From: a virus
Lineage: Duplodnaviria > Caudoviricetes
Virus record (IMG/VR): IMGVR_UViG_3300046820_000193
Span: 1 to 35,998 of that record
Reading direction: 5' to 3' (one strand)
DNA: 35,998 nucleotides
Below the pieces are notes generated by a model. That model was not told the DNA's origin and searched no databases. It was given only the letters and a program-made list of their open reading frames with translations. Every line of letters begins with the position of its first letter. Position 1 is the first letter of the stretch. This document shows, in pieces, positions 35,624 through 35,998 of this stretch. A program made the translations under genes and the position numbers.

Positions 35624-35628
35624 ATTTG
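35621..35628 (+). promoter_or_regulatory. Possible host-type -7 box TAAATTTG upstream of the lysis cassette
   Basis: Matches TAnnTTTG, 16 nt before ATG 35645. Confidence 0.45.
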
Positions 35629-35644
35629 TAAAAAATATAATACC

Positions 35645-35812
35645 ATGATCACATTATCAGAACAAAATCTAGCAGATTTAAAAGCATTCATTAACAAGAT
35701 CCCTACAGAGATTGGCTTGCCATTATTAGAGTTTTTTGGTAAGTTACAACAAGAGCAGAATCCTGGTCCTCAAATTGAGACACCAGTAGTGGACCTAAAA
35801 AAAGAAGATTAA
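35645..35812 (+). CDS. 55-aa hypothetical protein (not in ORF track)
   Basis: MITLSEQNLADLKAFINKIPTEIGLPLLEFFGKLQQEQNPGPQIETPVVDLKKED*. Confidence 0.7.
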   Translation: MITLSEQNLADLKAFINKIPTEIGLPLLEFFGKLQQEQNPGPQIETPVVDLKKED

Positions 35813-35815
35813 ACC

Positions 35816-35998
35816 ATGACACACAATAGCAGCCAGGCAGATTTTGGAGCTGGATTAAGCGTATTAAGTGCAATAGTATCTATTACCACTATCCAGCCTA
35901 TAGTAACTTTACTAGCTGGACTGGTTGCTATTGTATCTGGAATTATGGCAATCCGCTACTATTACAATGCCACAAAAAAAGTACAAAAAGATGATGAA
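35816..35998 (+). CDS. Holin-like protein spanning the circular join (stop at 137-139)
   Basis: MTHNSSQADFGAGLSVLSAIVSITTIQPIVTLLAGLVAIVSGIMAIRYYYNATKKVQKDDEISK*: two hydrophobic segments and a charged tail. Confidence 0.65.
   Translation, partial: MTHNSSQADFGAGLSVLSAIVSITTIQPIVTLLAGLVAIVSGIMAIRYYYNATKKVQKDDE
35872..35998. repeat. 127-bp terminal direct repeat, copy 2
   Basis: Identical to 1-127. Confidence 0.95.

Noticed and set aside
35872-35998. Terminal repeat as a biological direct terminal repeat
   Set aside because: It is exactly 127 bp and falls in the middle of a holin-like ORF, so it is best explained as assembler overlap of a circular contig.
1-35998. Prophage/temperate lifestyle, tRNA genes, or stop-codon reassignment
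   Set aside because: No integrase, repressor, host flanks or tRNA cloverleaf were seen, and long ORFs tile the genome under the standard code with TAA, TAG and TGA all used as stops.

Overview
The window looks like a complete, circularly assembled genome of a small tailed (siphovirus-like) phage. Bases 1-127 are repeated exactly at 35872-35998, leaving about 35,871 bp of unique sequence. The host is very probably a Bacteroidota member: TAnnTTTG -7 promoter boxes are present and start regions are A/T-rich with no obvious Shine-Dalgarno. Layout: (i) a lysis cassette across the join (two holin-like proteins, a unimolecular-spanin-like lipoprotein, an M15A peptidase endolysin); (ii) a leftward early arm, 6476->1204 (SSB-like protein, PD-(D/E)XK exonuclease, stand-alone DEDD exonuclease, DUF3310, HExxH protein, SF2 helicase, small membrane proteins, DnaA-C-like HTH); (iii) a rightward replication arm (small basic protein, VRR-NUC, primase-polymerase/helicase), then an iterated origin-like region and a sigma-like late regulator; (iv) a glycosyltransferase/acyltransferase cluster; (v) terminase and morphogenesis genes in non-lambda order, ending in two tail fibres with S74 chaperones. 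I saw no integrase, repressor, replicative DNA polymerase, methyltransferase, tRNA or CRISPR array. Best leads: the late glyco/acyl-modification cassette; cargo domains inside the portal and prohead protease bounded by recurring F-A motifs (possible polyprotein processing); a Cys-rich 53-aa repeat array on the tail-tip protein; a -1 frameshift pair after TerL; and pseudoknot-like RNAs right after two early-gene stop codons. All family calls are by-eye motif recognition, not database searches.
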